Shown here: in pieces, positions 17,864 to 27,848 of the stretch
How positions within the stretch are numbered: position 1 is the stretch's first letter
How the letters are laid out: each line of letters starts with the position of its first letter
Origin: an uncultured Gammaproteobacteria bacterium
GTDB taxonomy: Bacteria; Patescibacteriota; Patescibacteriia; Buchananbacterales; GWA2-38-13
Length of the DNA: 38,034 nt
Assembly: GCA_964373925.1 (NCBI GenBank)
Contig: CAYJWS010000002.1
Coordinates: 4,280-42,313, forward strand
Direction of reading: 5' to 3'
Program-made: the position numbers and the translations under genes
Notes under the pieces: generated by a model
Database searches by the model: none
The model's input: only the letters and a program-made list of their open reading frames with translations
Told to the model about the DNA's origin: nothing

Positions 17864-18922
17864 ATGAAAAAGAAAAAACTTTTAATAATGCTTTCCATAG
17901 CGTCAATCATACTAGGTGGATGCGCGGTTAAGCTAAAAAAAACTCAGGCGCCCACTCTTTCTGGAGTATTCAAAACTTTTGACAGAGGAGAGACGTGGCA
18001 GCATAAAATTGTGCTTGCTGTGCCTGGAGGTGTTTCAAGTATTAGGGACGCCAATATAAAAATTATGAGAATTGATCCCCAAGATAATAACGCTATTTAC
18101 CTTGGAACTGAAAATAGAGGACTTTTTTATTCCTACAACGGTGGCGAGTATTGGCAGCAGCCAACCCAGCTCAATTCAGGAAAAATAAATGACATAGCTA
18201 TTGATCCGAGGAATAAATGTATTATCTACGCCGCGTACGGAAATAAAGTCGTAAAATCAACTGACTGTAACCGTTCGTGGTTTGACGCGTATATCGATCC
18301 AAGGCCAAAAATCGTAACAAGTATAGCAATAGATAACCTGAATCCATCGAATATTTATATTTCAACTGATTTTGGAGAAATAATAAAAAGCGTTGATGGA
18401 GCAAACACATGGACAACGGTAAACAGATTCAGCAAGTCGGCAACGCAAGTAATCATCAATACCAACAGCACCAATATATTATACGCGGTAGTGCTCGACC
18501 AGGGAATCTTCAGATCCGACGACGGAGGCATAAGCTGGAATAGCGTTTCAGAAAGCATCAAGAAAAATAAGGGAATATTTACAAACGCGAGGCTGGCGTT
18601 TGATAATTCCGTAAGCGACGGCGTTTACAGCATCAGTAAATACGGAATTATACGAAGCGATGACGGAGGTAAAAATTGGGAAATATTAAACCTTATAACA
18701 CCCCCATTAAGCACCGACATTTACTCCTTTGCCATAAATCCAAAAAATGCAAAACAAATATATTATGGAACCGCATCAACACTCTATAGATCAAACGACA
18801 GGGGAGTTAACTGGAATGTGAAGAAACTTCCTTCAAATTCTGCGGCAACATACATACTCATAGATACCGTCAATCCTTCAATATTATACCTTGGAGCGAA
18901 AAAGTTTGAAGAAAAAAAATAA
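17864..18922 (+). CDS. Lipoprotein with Asp-box (BNR) repeats, YCF48/VPS10-like beta-propeller
   Basis: Lipobox LGGC; seven S/T-x-D/N-x-x-x-x-W boxes. Confidence 0.8.
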   Translation: MKKKKLLIMLSIASIILGGCAVKLKKTQAPTLSGVFKTFDRGETWQHKIVLAVPGGVSSIRDANIKIMRIDPQDNNAIYLGTENRGLFYSYNGGEYWQQPTQLNSGKINDIAIDPRNKCIIYAAYGNKVVKSTDCNRSWFDAYIDPRPKIVTSIAIDNLNPSNIYISTDFGEIIKSVDGANTWTTVNRFSKSATQVIINTNSTNILYAVVLDQGIFRSDDGGISWNSVSESIKKNKGIFTNARLAFDNSVSDGVYSISKYGIIRSDDGGKNWEILNLITPPLSTDIYSFAINPKNAKQIYYGTASTLYRSNDRGVNWNVKKLPSNSAATYILIDTVNPSILYLGAKKFEEKK

Positions 18923-18938
18923 TTTATAAAGATATTCT

Positions 18939-19493
18939 ATGAACCAATATATAGAAAAATACAAGCACGAATTTGATAATGCTTTTGAATTCTTTAAAAA
19001 AGAAGTGTCTTCCCTTCGTATAGGTCGCGCGAGCCCCGCGCTTGTTGAAAATATCCACGTAGACTCCTATGGGGTTAAAACACCGATAGTTCAGCTCGCA
19101 TCCATAGCTACTCCTGACGCACGGTCGCTTACCATTCAGCCGTGGGATAAATCAATTATTAAAAATATAGAAAGGGGGATCATAGAAGCTAATATTGGAA
19201 TTAATCCTGTGAATGAAGGTAATATTATTCGAATCACAATGCCCCACCTCACGCAGGAAGACCGGAAAAAACTCGTAAAGATTCTCCTTCAAAAAACCGA
19301 GCAAGGAAGAATAAAATCAAGGCTTATCCGCGATAAAGTTCGAGATGATATCCTTAAGGCGGAAAAAAATAAAGATATAACAGAGGATGACAAATTTGAC
19401 TTTTTGAAGGAAGTCGACGAATTTACAAAAGAACAAAATGAAAATATCGAAAAATTCAGCAAAAATAAGGAAAAAGAAATAATGACGATATAA
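18939..19493 (+). CDS. frr: Ribosome recycling factor
   Basis: LRIGRASP, YG..TP..QLA, IQPWD, LTQEDRK, ITEDD, KEKEIM. Confidence 0.97.
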   Translation: MNQYIEKYKHEFDNAFEFFKKEVSSLRIGRASPALVENIHVDSYGVKTPIVQLASIATPDARSLTIQPWDKSIIKNIERGIIEANIGINPVNEGNIIRITMPHLTQEDRKKLVKILLQKTEQGRIKSRLIRDKVRDDILKAEKNKDITEDDKFDFLKEVDEFTKEQNENIEKFSKNKEKEIMTI

Positions 19494-19504
19494 TTTTTTG
19501 TATT

Positions 19505-20677
19505 ATGATATTAACCTTTATAGTTTTTGTCGTAATTTTAGGGCTTTTGGTTTTTATCCATGAGCTTGGGCATTTTGTTACTGCCAAAAAATCCGGCGTT
19601 AAAGTGGAAGAATTCGGATTCGGCCTTCCTCCGAGAATTTTTGGCATTTATAAAGATAAAAAATCAAACACATGGCGCAAGGTCGGAATAAAAACGCATG
19701 TAACTGCGGAAACGATTTATTCGCTTAACTGGATCCCATTGGGCGGATTTGTAAAAATAAAGGGAGAGCAGGGAGAAAACGCAGAGGATTCCGATAGTTT
19801 CGTACACAAAAGCATCTTTAAGCGAATTCTTATAGTTTCCGCCGGAGTTATTATGAATATTCTTCTCGCAATATTCTTATTTTTCATAGGATATATGATT
19901 GGAATGCCGAAGGAAATCGACAGCACTACCAATTCCCGCTTTGCAAAAATTAAAAATGAAGAAATAATAATTTCTGCAGTATTTGACGGTCTTCCTGCAA
20001 AAAAAAATGGCATTGTTACGGGAGATGCGATACAAAGTATAGATAATAATACGTTTACAACCATAGAAAAAATACAAGAATACATGCAGGGGAAAAAAGA
20101 CACAACAATAAATGTTCAAATAAAGCGTATGAACCAAACAATAACTTTCACATTAACTCCCGAAATCATACAAGAGACAAAAAAAGTTGGAATAGGAGTT
20201 GGCCTCACGGCCATAGGCACGGTATCATACCCTTGGTACATAGCGATCTTTGAATCGGTAAAAATAACAATGTATTTTATAAAAGAAATACTCATTGCGT
20301 TTTATAATCTGATAAAAAATCTTATTATAACACACCGAGTTTCAGTCGAGCTTTCGGGACCAGTTGGCATCGCGGTTATGACAGGAGAAGTCACGCGCCT
20401 TGGTTTTATTTATATCTTGCAATTTGCGGCGCTTCTCTCTATTAATCTTGCGATTATAAATTTTATGCCATTTCCCGCGCTGGACGGAGGCAGAGTGCTG
20501 TTTCTAATAATAGAAAAACTGCGCGGCAAGGCAGTAAACGCAAGAATTGAATCGCTTATACACAGCATCGGTCTTTATGTTTTGCTTTTATTGGTGGTTG
20601 TTGTAACATATAAAGATATCTTGAAATTTTCAGATAAATTTAAAAGTCTTTGGAGTTCGCTATTTGGGTTATTTTAG
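19505..20677 (+). CDS. rseP: RIP metalloprotease RseP (M50) with PDZ domain
   Basis: HELGH, IPLGGFVKI, AGV.MN, SGPVGI, NFMPFPALDGG. Confidence 0.95.
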   Translation: MILTFIVFVVILGLLVFIHELGHFVTAKKSGVKVEEFGFGLPPRIFGIYKDKKSNTWRKVGIKTHVTAETIYSLNWIPLGGFVKIKGEQGENAEDSDSFVHKSIFKRILIVSAGVIMNILLAIFLFFIGYMIGMPKEIDSTTNSRFAKIKNEEIIISAVFDGLPAKKNGIVTGDAIQSIDNNTFTTIEKIQEYMQGKKDTTINVQIKRMNQTITFTLTPEIIQETKKVGIGVGLTAIGTVSYPWYIAIFESVKITMYFIKEILIAFYNLIKNLIITHRVSVELSGPVGIAVMTGEVTRLGFIYILQFAALLSINLAIINFMPFPALDGGRVLFLIIEKLRGKAVNARIESLIHSIGLYVLLLLVVVVTYKDILKFSDKFKSLWSSLFGLF

Positions 20678-20685
20678 AAACGAAA

Positions 20686-21075
20686 ATGATTATACCGCTT
20701 CCTGACAATATGCCGATACATTTTGTGAATTTTATACGCCAGCTTGGCTACGCTTCGTTCATGCACCCAAAAACAGGACAAATAAATTTTCAAAAAAGGC
20801 TTTCGCAAGACGTATATCCAAGGTTTCATATCTATATTGAGGAAAAAAATGCTAAAAAATCAATACATTTGCATCTCGATCAAAAAAAACCAACGTACAT
20901 CCAAGGCCAAGCGCACATGGCTGAATACGAAAGTGAAATTCTGAATCAAGAAAAAGAAAAAATTGAAAAAGCGATCACTGAAATAGAAAAAAAATCAATA
21001 CAAGAAAATGAAAAACAAAAAAACCGCTCGGAAGGTTTTTTTTCACGTTTATTTAATACAAAAAAAGACACATAA
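20686..21075 (+). CDS. Hypothetical protein (129 aa)
   Basis: Fills the rseP-proS gap with tight spacing; YPRFHIY...HLHLDQK...AH.AEY. Confidence 0.7.
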   Translation: MIIPLPDNMPIHFVNFIRQLGYASFMHPKTGQINFQKRLSQDVYPRFHIYIEEKNAKKSIHLHLDQKKPTYIQGQAHMAEYESEILNQEKEKIEKAITEIEKKSIQENEKQKNRSEGFFSRLFNTKKDT

Positions 21076-21079
21076 ATGT

Positions 21080-22804
21080 ATGAAATATTCACACATATTC
21101 GGAAAAACAAAAAAAAATTCAAAAGAATTCGATTCTGTAAATGCCACACTTTTAATAAAAGCTGGATTCATTGACCAGGCCATGGCCGGAGTATACAGCT
21201 TTCTCCCTCTTGGCAGAAGGGTGCTTTTTAAGATAGAGAATATCATACGAGAAGAAATGAATACGATCTCTTCAGAACTTCTTATGCCAGCAATTGTCCC
21301 AAAAGCCATTTGGGAACAAACCGGAAGAATTAACACCGTAAACATTCTTATGAAGGCGATGGGAGCTAATCAAGTATCTGTAATGGCAAATGACGCGGAA
21401 TATATTTTAAATCCAACCCATGAAGAAGTGGTCACGCCTTTAGCGAAAAAATACAGCGCTAGCTATAAAGATTTTCCATTTTCCGTATATCAAATACAAA
21501 CGAAATTCAGAAACGAGCCAAGGGCGAAATCAGGCCTTCTTCGGTGCAGAGAGTTTAGGATGAAGGATCTCTACAGCTTCCACGTAAGTGAAGAGGACTT
21601 GGAATTATATTATGAAAAAGTAAAAAAAATATATTTTCGCATATTTAAAAGGCTGGGACTGGAAAATGATACAGTTATAGCGCTTGCCTCGGGAGGTGAT
21701 TTTACAGAAAAATTCTCGCACGAATTCCAAACACGCTGTAATGCCGGTGAGGATACTATCTTTTACGCAAAAAAAGCAAATATCGCTTTCAATAAAGAAG
21801 TTGCGCCAAGCATCGCACCAGAAACAAATGACTCTCATAAAAAAGAGTTGCCTATGCGTGAAATAAAAGGGGAGGGCATTGTTGGAGTTGAAGCTCTTGT
21901 GAAATTCTTAAAAATTCCAGTTGAAAAAACTACGAAAACAATTATTTTTGAAAATGAAAAAGGAGAAATTATCGCCGGGGCAGTGAGAGGAAGCTACGAA
22001 ATCAATATTGATAAGCTTAAAAAGGCCTCGGGCAGCAAAAATCTTGTACTTGCGTCAAATCAAGTCGTAAAAAAAGCTACCGGGGCTGAATTGGGTTACG
22101 CTGGTGTACTGAATCTTTCAAAAAAAATTAAAATGTATATGGATGATTCCATGAAGGATAGGAAAAATTTTGAATGCGGTGCCAATAGGACAAATTATCA
22201 CACTATCAATGTAAATTTTGGCAGAGATATTGAAAAACCGAAAAAATTTTACGACATTAAAATGGCCCAAAATGGCGACCGCTATCCTGAAAATAATGAA
22301 ATATACGAAACATTCAAGGCCAGTGAGATAGGCAATATTTTCCCTTTGAACACAAAATTTACTCAAGCTTTTGATTATACATATACCAACGAGCAGGGAA
22401 AAAAACTTCCAATATATATGGGAAGCTATGGTATTGGATCAACGAGAATCATGGGGGTAATAGTTGAAAAAAATTTCGATAATAAAGGAATTATTTGGCC
22501 AAAATCAATTGCTCCGTATCATGCTCACCTTATGGCTCTTGGGGATTCCAAGGTTTATACAAAAGCGCAGAAAATTCATGATGAGATGGAAGCGGAAGGA
22601 ATGGAAGTATTATTTGATGATAGATCTGATATTTCTGCGGGCGAAAAATTTTCCGACGCCGATCTCATAGGAATACCATGGAGAATAGTTATTTCAAAAA
22701 AGACAGGGGATAAGATGGAGATAAAAAGAAGATCGGAAAAATCCGCAAAGCTTGTTTCAATTTCGGAGGGTATAAAGATAATAAAAAAAGACTATAATGT
22801 TTAA
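21080..22804 (+). CDS. proS: Proline--tRNA ligase (bacterial type with INS editing domain)
   Basis: AGVYSFLPLG, PTHEE, QIQTKFRNEPR, REFRMKDLYSF, EIGNIF.L.TK, MGSYGIG, DLIGIP; start at MKYSH. Confidence 0.96.
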   Translation: MKYSHIFGKTKKNSKEFDSVNATLLIKAGFIDQAMAGVYSFLPLGRRVLFKIENIIREEMNTISSELLMPAIVPKAIWEQTGRINTVNILMKAMGANQVSVMANDAEYILNPTHEEVVTPLAKKYSASYKDFPFSVYQIQTKFRNEPRAKSGLLRCREFRMKDLYSFHVSEEDLELYYEKVKKIYFRIFKRLGLENDTVIALASGGDFTEKFSHEFQTRCNAGEDTIFYAKKANIAFNKEVAPSIAPETNDSHKKELPMREIKGEGIVGVEALVKFLKIPVEKTTKTIIFENEKGEIIAGAVRGSYEINIDKLKKASGSKNLVLASNQVVKKATGAELGYAGVLNLSKKIKMYMDDSMKDRKNFECGANRTNYHTINVNFGRDIEKPKKFYDIKMAQNGDRYPENNEIYETFKASEIGNIFPLNTKFTQAFDYTYTNEQGKKLPIYMGSYGIGSTRIMGVIVEKNFDNKGIIWPKSIAPYHAHLMALGDSKVYTKAQKIHDEMEAEGMEVLFDDRSDISAGEKFSDADLIGIPWRIVISKKTGDKMEIKRRSEKSAKLVSISEGIKIIKKDYNV

Positions 22805-23876
22805 AAAATTATTTAAAAGAATTTCAAAAGATATAGCAATAGACCTTGGAACTTCTAATACAAGAATATATATTCGTGAAAAAGGAGTTGTAATTAATGA
22901 GGCGTCAATTGTTGCAATCAATACTAAAACAAATCAGATTCTTGAAGTTGGGAGAGAGGCATTGAAAATGCTTGGTAAAACCCCTCCACATATACAAATC
23001 ATCCAGCCCTTGGTTGACGGCGTAATATCAGATTTTGAAGTTACTGAAAAAATGCTAAAATATTTTTTTGAGAAAATAACCAAAGATAATTTTTTATATT
23101 CTCCAAGGCCGAGAGTCGTTATTGGGATCCCTTTAGATGTTACCGAAGTTGAAAAAAAAGCAGTTGAAGACGCAGTGCTATCGGCGGGCGCTCGAGAAGT
23201 ATATCTTGTAGAAAATGTCGTAGCTGCAGCAGTAGGAGCTCGAATGCCTATTCAAGACGCCTCAGGCAATATGATCGTCAGCCTCGGAGGCGGCGTCACA
23301 GAAATCGCCGTTATATCGCTCTCCGGCGTAGTGGCCTGGAAATCCCTTCGTGTAGCGGGAAATGAATTAGACCAAGACATTGTTGTAAATATGCGCAATG
23401 AATTTAATCTTTTGGTTGGGGAAAAAGTGGCGGAAAAAATAAAAACTGAATACTCAAGCCTCAAAGAAACTTCTCCCGATAAAAAAATATCATCGAATCT
23501 AAAAATTCGCGGAAGAGATCTTGTTTCGGGTCTTCCATGCGAAGTGCCGGTGACGCCGGATGAAATTGGCGTATTTTTAAATCGATCAATATCAAATATA
23601 GTCGACGGAGTCAAATCAACGCTTGAAATCACTCCCCCAGAACTCATAGCCGATATCTATCAAAGGGGACTGGCGCTTGTCGGCGGAGGAGCTCTGCTTA
23701 AAGGGCTTGATGAAATAATTTCAAAAAATGTTAAAGTCCCAGTAAAAATTATTGACGATCCTCTCACGTGTTCCGTGAGGGGAATGGGTATTATTCTTGA
23801 AGATGAAAAGCTTTTACGCGAAGTAATGATTCCCACGACACAACAAGATGAAAGAAAAGGATTCGTGAAATACTAA
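22797..23876 (+). CDS. mreB: Rod shape-determining protein MreB (operon copy, altered ATPase motifs)
   Basis: IDLGTSNT, PLVDGVISDF, AEKIK, GRDLVSGLP, TPPEL, VGGGALL; directly upstream of mreC. Confidence 0.92.
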   Translation: MFKKLFKRISKDIAIDLGTSNTRIYIREKGVVINEASIVAINTKTNQILEVGREALKMLGKTPPHIQIIQPLVDGVISDFEVTEKMLKYFFEKITKDNFLYSPRPRVVIGIPLDVTEVEKKAVEDAVLSAGAREVYLVENVVAAAVGARMPIQDASGNMIVSLGGGVTEIAVISLSGVVAWKSLRVAGNELDQDIVVNMRNEFNLLVGEKVAEKIKTEYSSLKETSPDKKISSNLKIRGRDLVSGLPCEVPVTPDEIGVFLNRSISNIVDGVKSTLEITPPELIADIYQRGLALVGGGALLKGLDEIISKNVKVPVKIIDDPLTCSVRGMGIILEDEKLLREVMIPTTQQDERKGFVKY

Positions 23877-23888
23877 TCTTTTTTTGAT

Positions 23889-24698
23889 ATGAAATTCAAT
23901 CTTTTCAGACAAAGATCATTTATTTTTATTTTGGTCGGAGTATGCATAATCGTGCTTCATTTTTTAAAAATTCTAACACCATTTGAAAATGTAATCATTA
24001 AGATTTCGTCCCCCCTCCAATACCCGCTTTATGCCTCCGGAACATTCATAAATAGACTGAATCCCTTTGCAGAAAAAAATACTGATTTAAAAAATAAATA
24101 CAAAAAGCTAGAGGAAGAAAATCAAAAACTCCTTATAGAAAACCTGGCTCTCAAGACGAGGATTGAACAAATAAAGATACTCGAGGAGCAAACAAAATAT
24201 CTTGAATCAAAAAAACTTATTTTTTTAACTGCACGAATAATAAGCAAGGACGTTTTTCATCAGTATGATTTTCTTACCGTAGATAAAGGAAAAAAAGATG
24301 GCATCGTAGTGAATCTTCCCGTGGTTGTAAATCAGGGTATCCTTATAGGAAAAGTGATTGAAGTAAATGAGCAAAGCTCAAAAATAATCCTTCTTACCAA
24401 CCCGCGCAATCAAACCGCTGCCACCTTTGAGAATGAAAATAAAACCATTGGCGTGGTTTCGGGTGACTATGGCTTAGGCATGAAGATGGATCTTATACCT
24501 CAAGAGAAGACAATCGAAGTGAACGAAAAAATTATAACCTCTGGACTTGAAGAATTTATTCCAAAAGGATTGATCATAGGGGAGGTGATACGAGTTGAGA
24601 AAGAACCGAATGGTTTTTTTCAAATTGCTTATGTAAAGGCCATCGTTCCCTATAATAATATATATTTTGTATCAATATTAAAAACAAATGAATTCTAA
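23889..24698 (+). CDS. mreC: Rod shape-determining protein MreC
   Basis: TM, coiled coil, DKG..DGI, LIGKV, ITSG...PKG..IG. Confidence 0.92.
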   Translation: MKFNLFRQRSFIFILVGVCIIVLHFLKILTPFENVIIKISSPLQYPLYASGTFINRLNPFAEKNTDLKNKYKKLEEENQKLLIENLALKTRIEQIKILEEQTKYLESKKLIFLTARIISKDVFHQYDFLTVDKGKKDGIVVNLPVVVNQGILIGKVIEVNEQSSKIILLTNPRNQTAATFENENKTIGVVSGDYGLGMKMDLIPQEKTIEVNEKIITSGLEEFIPKGLIIGEVIRVEKEPNGFFQIAYVKAIVPYNNIYFVSILKTNEF

Positions 24699-25218
24699 AA
24701 TAATTTCTAAAAAAATTCTTCAGTTTCTTTTCATATTCATGCTTGGAATTATGCAAACAAGCTTCATACCGGCGCTCCCGAAACCGCTGTCGTATATCCA
24801 TCTGCCCTTACTTTTTATAGTTATATATATCACAATACTCCTGCAATTAAATAATGCTCTTTTTATTTCACTTATTGTGGGACTTATGATGGGAATAACG
24901 TCATATCAAAGATTTGGCATTGATATATTGGTACTGCTCGCGATGTCATTACTCTCGCATAGTATTGTTAATAATATTTTTACCAATATTTCAATATTTT
25001 CTTTTTTAATTATTGGGATTATTTCTTTTGTTTTAAATTATTTTATGAGCTGGGGGCTTGCGTGGATATACTATATGTTAAAAATTTTTCCTTTTAGTAT
25101 AAATGATTTTTTTAATGTAAAAATTTTTTTGCACTACATGGCGGTAAATTGCGTTCTTCTTTTTATGGCGTATATTTTTTATAAAAGGCTTCACGATGCA
25201 AAATTATTTAAAATATAA
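24688..25218 (+). CDS. mreD: Putative rod shape-determining protein MreD
   Basis: 176 aa, about 5 TMs, located between mreC and mrdA. Confidence 0.7.
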   Translation: MNSKIISKKILQFLFIFMLGIMQTSFIPALPKPLSYIHLPLLFIVIYITILLQLNNALFISLIVGLMMGITSYQRFGIDILVLLAMSLLSHSIVNNIFTNISIFSFLIIGIISFVLNYFMSWGLAWIYYMLKIFPFSINDFFNVKIFLHYMAVNCVLLFMAYIFYKRLHDAKLFKI

Positions 25219-25224
25219 ATTTTC

Positions 25225-27192
25225 ATGAAAAAGAATAAAGACCCGTTTACATTTTATAATGCTCCAACAAAAATTTTTGTTGGAATAAACAGGAATAGTC
25301 AATCCGATGAGGGTAACTTTCTACCTCAAGAAAAAAGCGGGGAGTATCTGGGCGCAACCATACATACACGAAAAATTACAATATGGCAGATTATTTTATT
25401 TTTCGGCATTGCGCTTATTTTTTCAAGGCTTGCATATCTGCAAATTATTAAAGGAGATGTATTTCGCGCGCTTGCTGAAGAAAACAGGATAAGAATTCTT
25501 GAAATCAAAGCAAACCGCGGGATTATAATGGACAGAAACAAAAAAATATTAGTTAAAAACGAGCCGAATCTATTACTTGAGCTTATTCCGGTTGATATGC
25601 CAAAAGACGAAGTAAATAAAAATAAACTTATAGGAGTTGTTTCAAAAATTTCAGGAAAATCTTTAGACGAGATTCATAATCTTATTAAAGATATTAATGA
25701 GTTTTCTTATGAACCGATTATAGTAAGTGAAAATATAACCCATGAACAGGCAATTCGCGCAAGGATTGAAAGCTACGGAACTCAAGGCATGAGCTTAGGA
25801 ATAGATACGCGTCGTGATTATTTCACAAGCGACGCAATGGGTCTTTCCCATATTCTGGGATACATTGGAAGAATAGGTAAAAATGAGCTTAAAAACCAAG
25901 ATGCAAACGAGTATAATGCAACAGACTCCATAGGAAGGGTTGGGCTTGAGGCGCAATATGAAAATATTCTGAAAGGAAAAAAGGGGAAGGAACAAATAGA
26001 AGTTGATTCCTTTGGCAGAAGAAAACAAAAACTCGCATATATTGAGCCGCAACCAGGAAACAATCTCATCCTTACAATCGATTATAATATACAAAAAAAA
26101 CTTGAGGACGCGTTGACCCTAGAATTAAAAAAAAATAACAAAAAGAAAGGTTCCGCCATAGCGATGGATCCCAGAACGGGGGAAATACTTGCGATGGTGA
26201 GCTTTCCATCATTTGACAATAATATTTTTTCAAAAGGAATCTCTGAAATGGAATTTGAAGCTCTTCTCAAAGACTCAAACTATCCGCTTTTTAATAGAAG
26301 CATAAAAGGCCTTTACCCTGCCGGATCAACCATAAAACCAGTTATTGCCCTAGCGGCGCTTGAAGAGGGAATAGTAAATCGTCAGACGAGCATTATGAGC
26401 GTTGGGGGAATTAAAGTAAGCAAATGGTTTTTTCCGGATTGGAAAGCGGGCGGACACGGCCCTACCAATATTACAAAGGCTATTGCCGAATCTGTAAATA
26501 CGTATTTTTATTTCATAGGAGGAGGGTACGAAAATTTTAAAGGATTGGGAGTTGAAAAAATTACAAAGTACGCAAGTCTTGCGGGAGTAGGAAAAATTAC
26601 AGGCATTGATGTGCCGGGTGAAGAGAAGGGGCTTTTGCCAAATGAAGAATGGAAAGGAAAAATTAAAAATGAAGCATGGTATATCGGCGACACATACCAC
26701 ATGGCAATTGGGCAAGGCGATATGCTTGTTACGCCGCTTCAAGTAGCCAACTGGACCGCTATGATTGCGAATGGAGGAACGCTGTACGCGCCTCATCTTG
26801 TAAGAAAAATAACACGAGAAGATGGCTCGATTATTCAAAAAATCGATCCGATAAAATTACATGGCGATATATTTTCAAGTGAAAATATTAAAAGCATACA
26901 AGAAGGTATGCGTGAAACAATACGCGCGGGAAGCGCGAGAAGCCTTTTGGATCTGCCCATAAAGGTCGCTGGCAAAACAGGAACCGCCCAATGGTCAACA
27001 ATAAAAGAGGATCACGCGTGGTTTACGAGCTTCGCTCCGTATGAAAATCCAACCATTGTGCTTACTATTCTCATTGAAGAAGGAGGGGAGGGTAGCAGTG
27101 TCGCCGTTCCGGTTGCGAAAGATTTTTACCAATGGTGGTCGTCGTATGACGGATCCGCGGAAAATGTGGATAAGCCCAATATTGACAAATAA
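25225..27192 (+). CDS. mrdA: Penicillin-binding protein 2
   Basis: RG.I.DRN, G..GLE..YE..L.G..G, SxxK (STIK), SxN (SVN), KTGTAQ. Confidence 0.95.
   Translation: MKKNKDPFTFYNAPTKIFVGINRNSQSDEGNFLPQEKSGEYLGATIHTRKITIWQIILFFGIALIFSRLAYLQIIKGDVFRALAEENRIRILEIKANRGIIMDRNKKILVKNEPNLLLELIPVDMPKDEVNKNKLIGVVSKISGKSLDEIHNLIKDINEFSYEPIIVSENITHEQAIRARIESYGTQGMSLGIDTRRDYFTSDAMGLSHILGYIGRIGKNELKNQDANEYNATDSIGRVGLEAQYENILKGKKGKEQIEVDSFGRRKQKLAYIEPQPGNNLILTIDYNIQKKLEDALTLELKKNNKKKGSAIAMDPRTGEILAMVSFPSFDNNIFSKGISEMEFEALLKDSNYPLFNRSIKGLYPAGSTIKPVIALAALEEGIVNRQTSIMSVGGIKVSKWFFPDWKAGGHGPTNITKAIAESVNTYFYFIGGGYENFKGLGVEKITKYASLAGVGKITGIDVPGEEKGLLPNEEWKGKIKNEAWYIGDTYHMAIGQGDMLVTPLQVANWTAMIANGGTLYAPHLVRKITREDGSIIQKIDPIKLHGDIFSSENIKSIQEGMRETIRAGSARSLLDLPIKVAGKTGTAQWSTIKEDHAWFTSFAPYENPTIVLTILIEEGGEGSSVAVPVAKDFYQWWSSYDGSAENVDKPNIDK
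27165..27173 (-). promoter_or_regulatory. Consensus DnaA box (TTATCCACA on minus strand)
   Basis: TGTGGATAA, 8 nt upstream of a TTGACA (27182-27187) preceding greA. Confidence 0.35.
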
Positions 27193-27256
27193 ATATAATA
27201 TAGTATCTTATATCCTATGCATTCATAAATTACCATTAAAAATATTTAAGAAGACT

Positions 27257-27727
27257 ATGAAATATTACATATCAAAAGAAGGCCTCCAAAAACTTAAAGA
27301 CGAACTTCATTCTTTGAAAAACGTCAAAAGAAAAGAAATTATTGAGAGAATACGAAATGCCAAGGAACTCGGCGATCTTTCAGAAAATGCCGAATACGCG
27401 GAGGCAAAAGACGAGCAGAGCTTTATTGAGGGAAAAATCTTGGAGATTGAAAACTTTATCAATAAGGCTGTCATTATCGATGAAAAATTAAAATCTTCCG
27501 ACACCGTAACAGTGGGAACAACGGTAAAAATCCAATGCGAGGGCGAAAAAGATCATAAAGAATATACTATTGTCGGTTCAAATGAGGCAAATCCTCGTGA
27601 GGGCAAAATCTCCAATGAGTCTCCATTTGGAAAAGCGTTTCTTGGAAAAAAAATAGGTGAGAGGGTTGAAGTACAGATTCCAAAAGGAAGAATACTGTGC
27701 GAGATAATAGGAATTGTAAATAGGTAA
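27257..27727 (+). CDS. greA: Transcription elongation factor GreA
   Basis: GDLSENAEY, YTIVG..EA.P..GKIS.ESP.G.A.LG; start at MKYYISKEG. Confidence 0.97.
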   Translation: MKYYISKEGLQKLKDELHSLKNVKRKEIIERIRNAKELGDLSENAEYAEAKDEQSFIEGKILEIENFINKAVIIDEKLKSSDTVTVGTTVKIQCEGEKDHKEYTIVGSNEANPREGKISNESPFGKAFLGKKIGERVEVQIPKGRILCEIIGIVNR

Positions 27728-27760
27728 AGCGCATCTGCGGCCGAGGGAAATAAAATTATC

Positions 27761-27794
27761 TTTAAAAAGACAGATGCTTTTCTGTCTTTTTAAA
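27761..27794. terminator. Bidirectional terminator-like hairpin after greA
   Basis: Perfect 14-bp IR TTTAAAAAGACAGA / TCTGTCTTTTTAAA with a 6-nt loop. Confidence 0.7.
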
Positions 27795-27848
27795 ATATTC
27801 AATGTGAAATCAATAAATTCATTTTTATTCTTACATTAAATAAAATTT

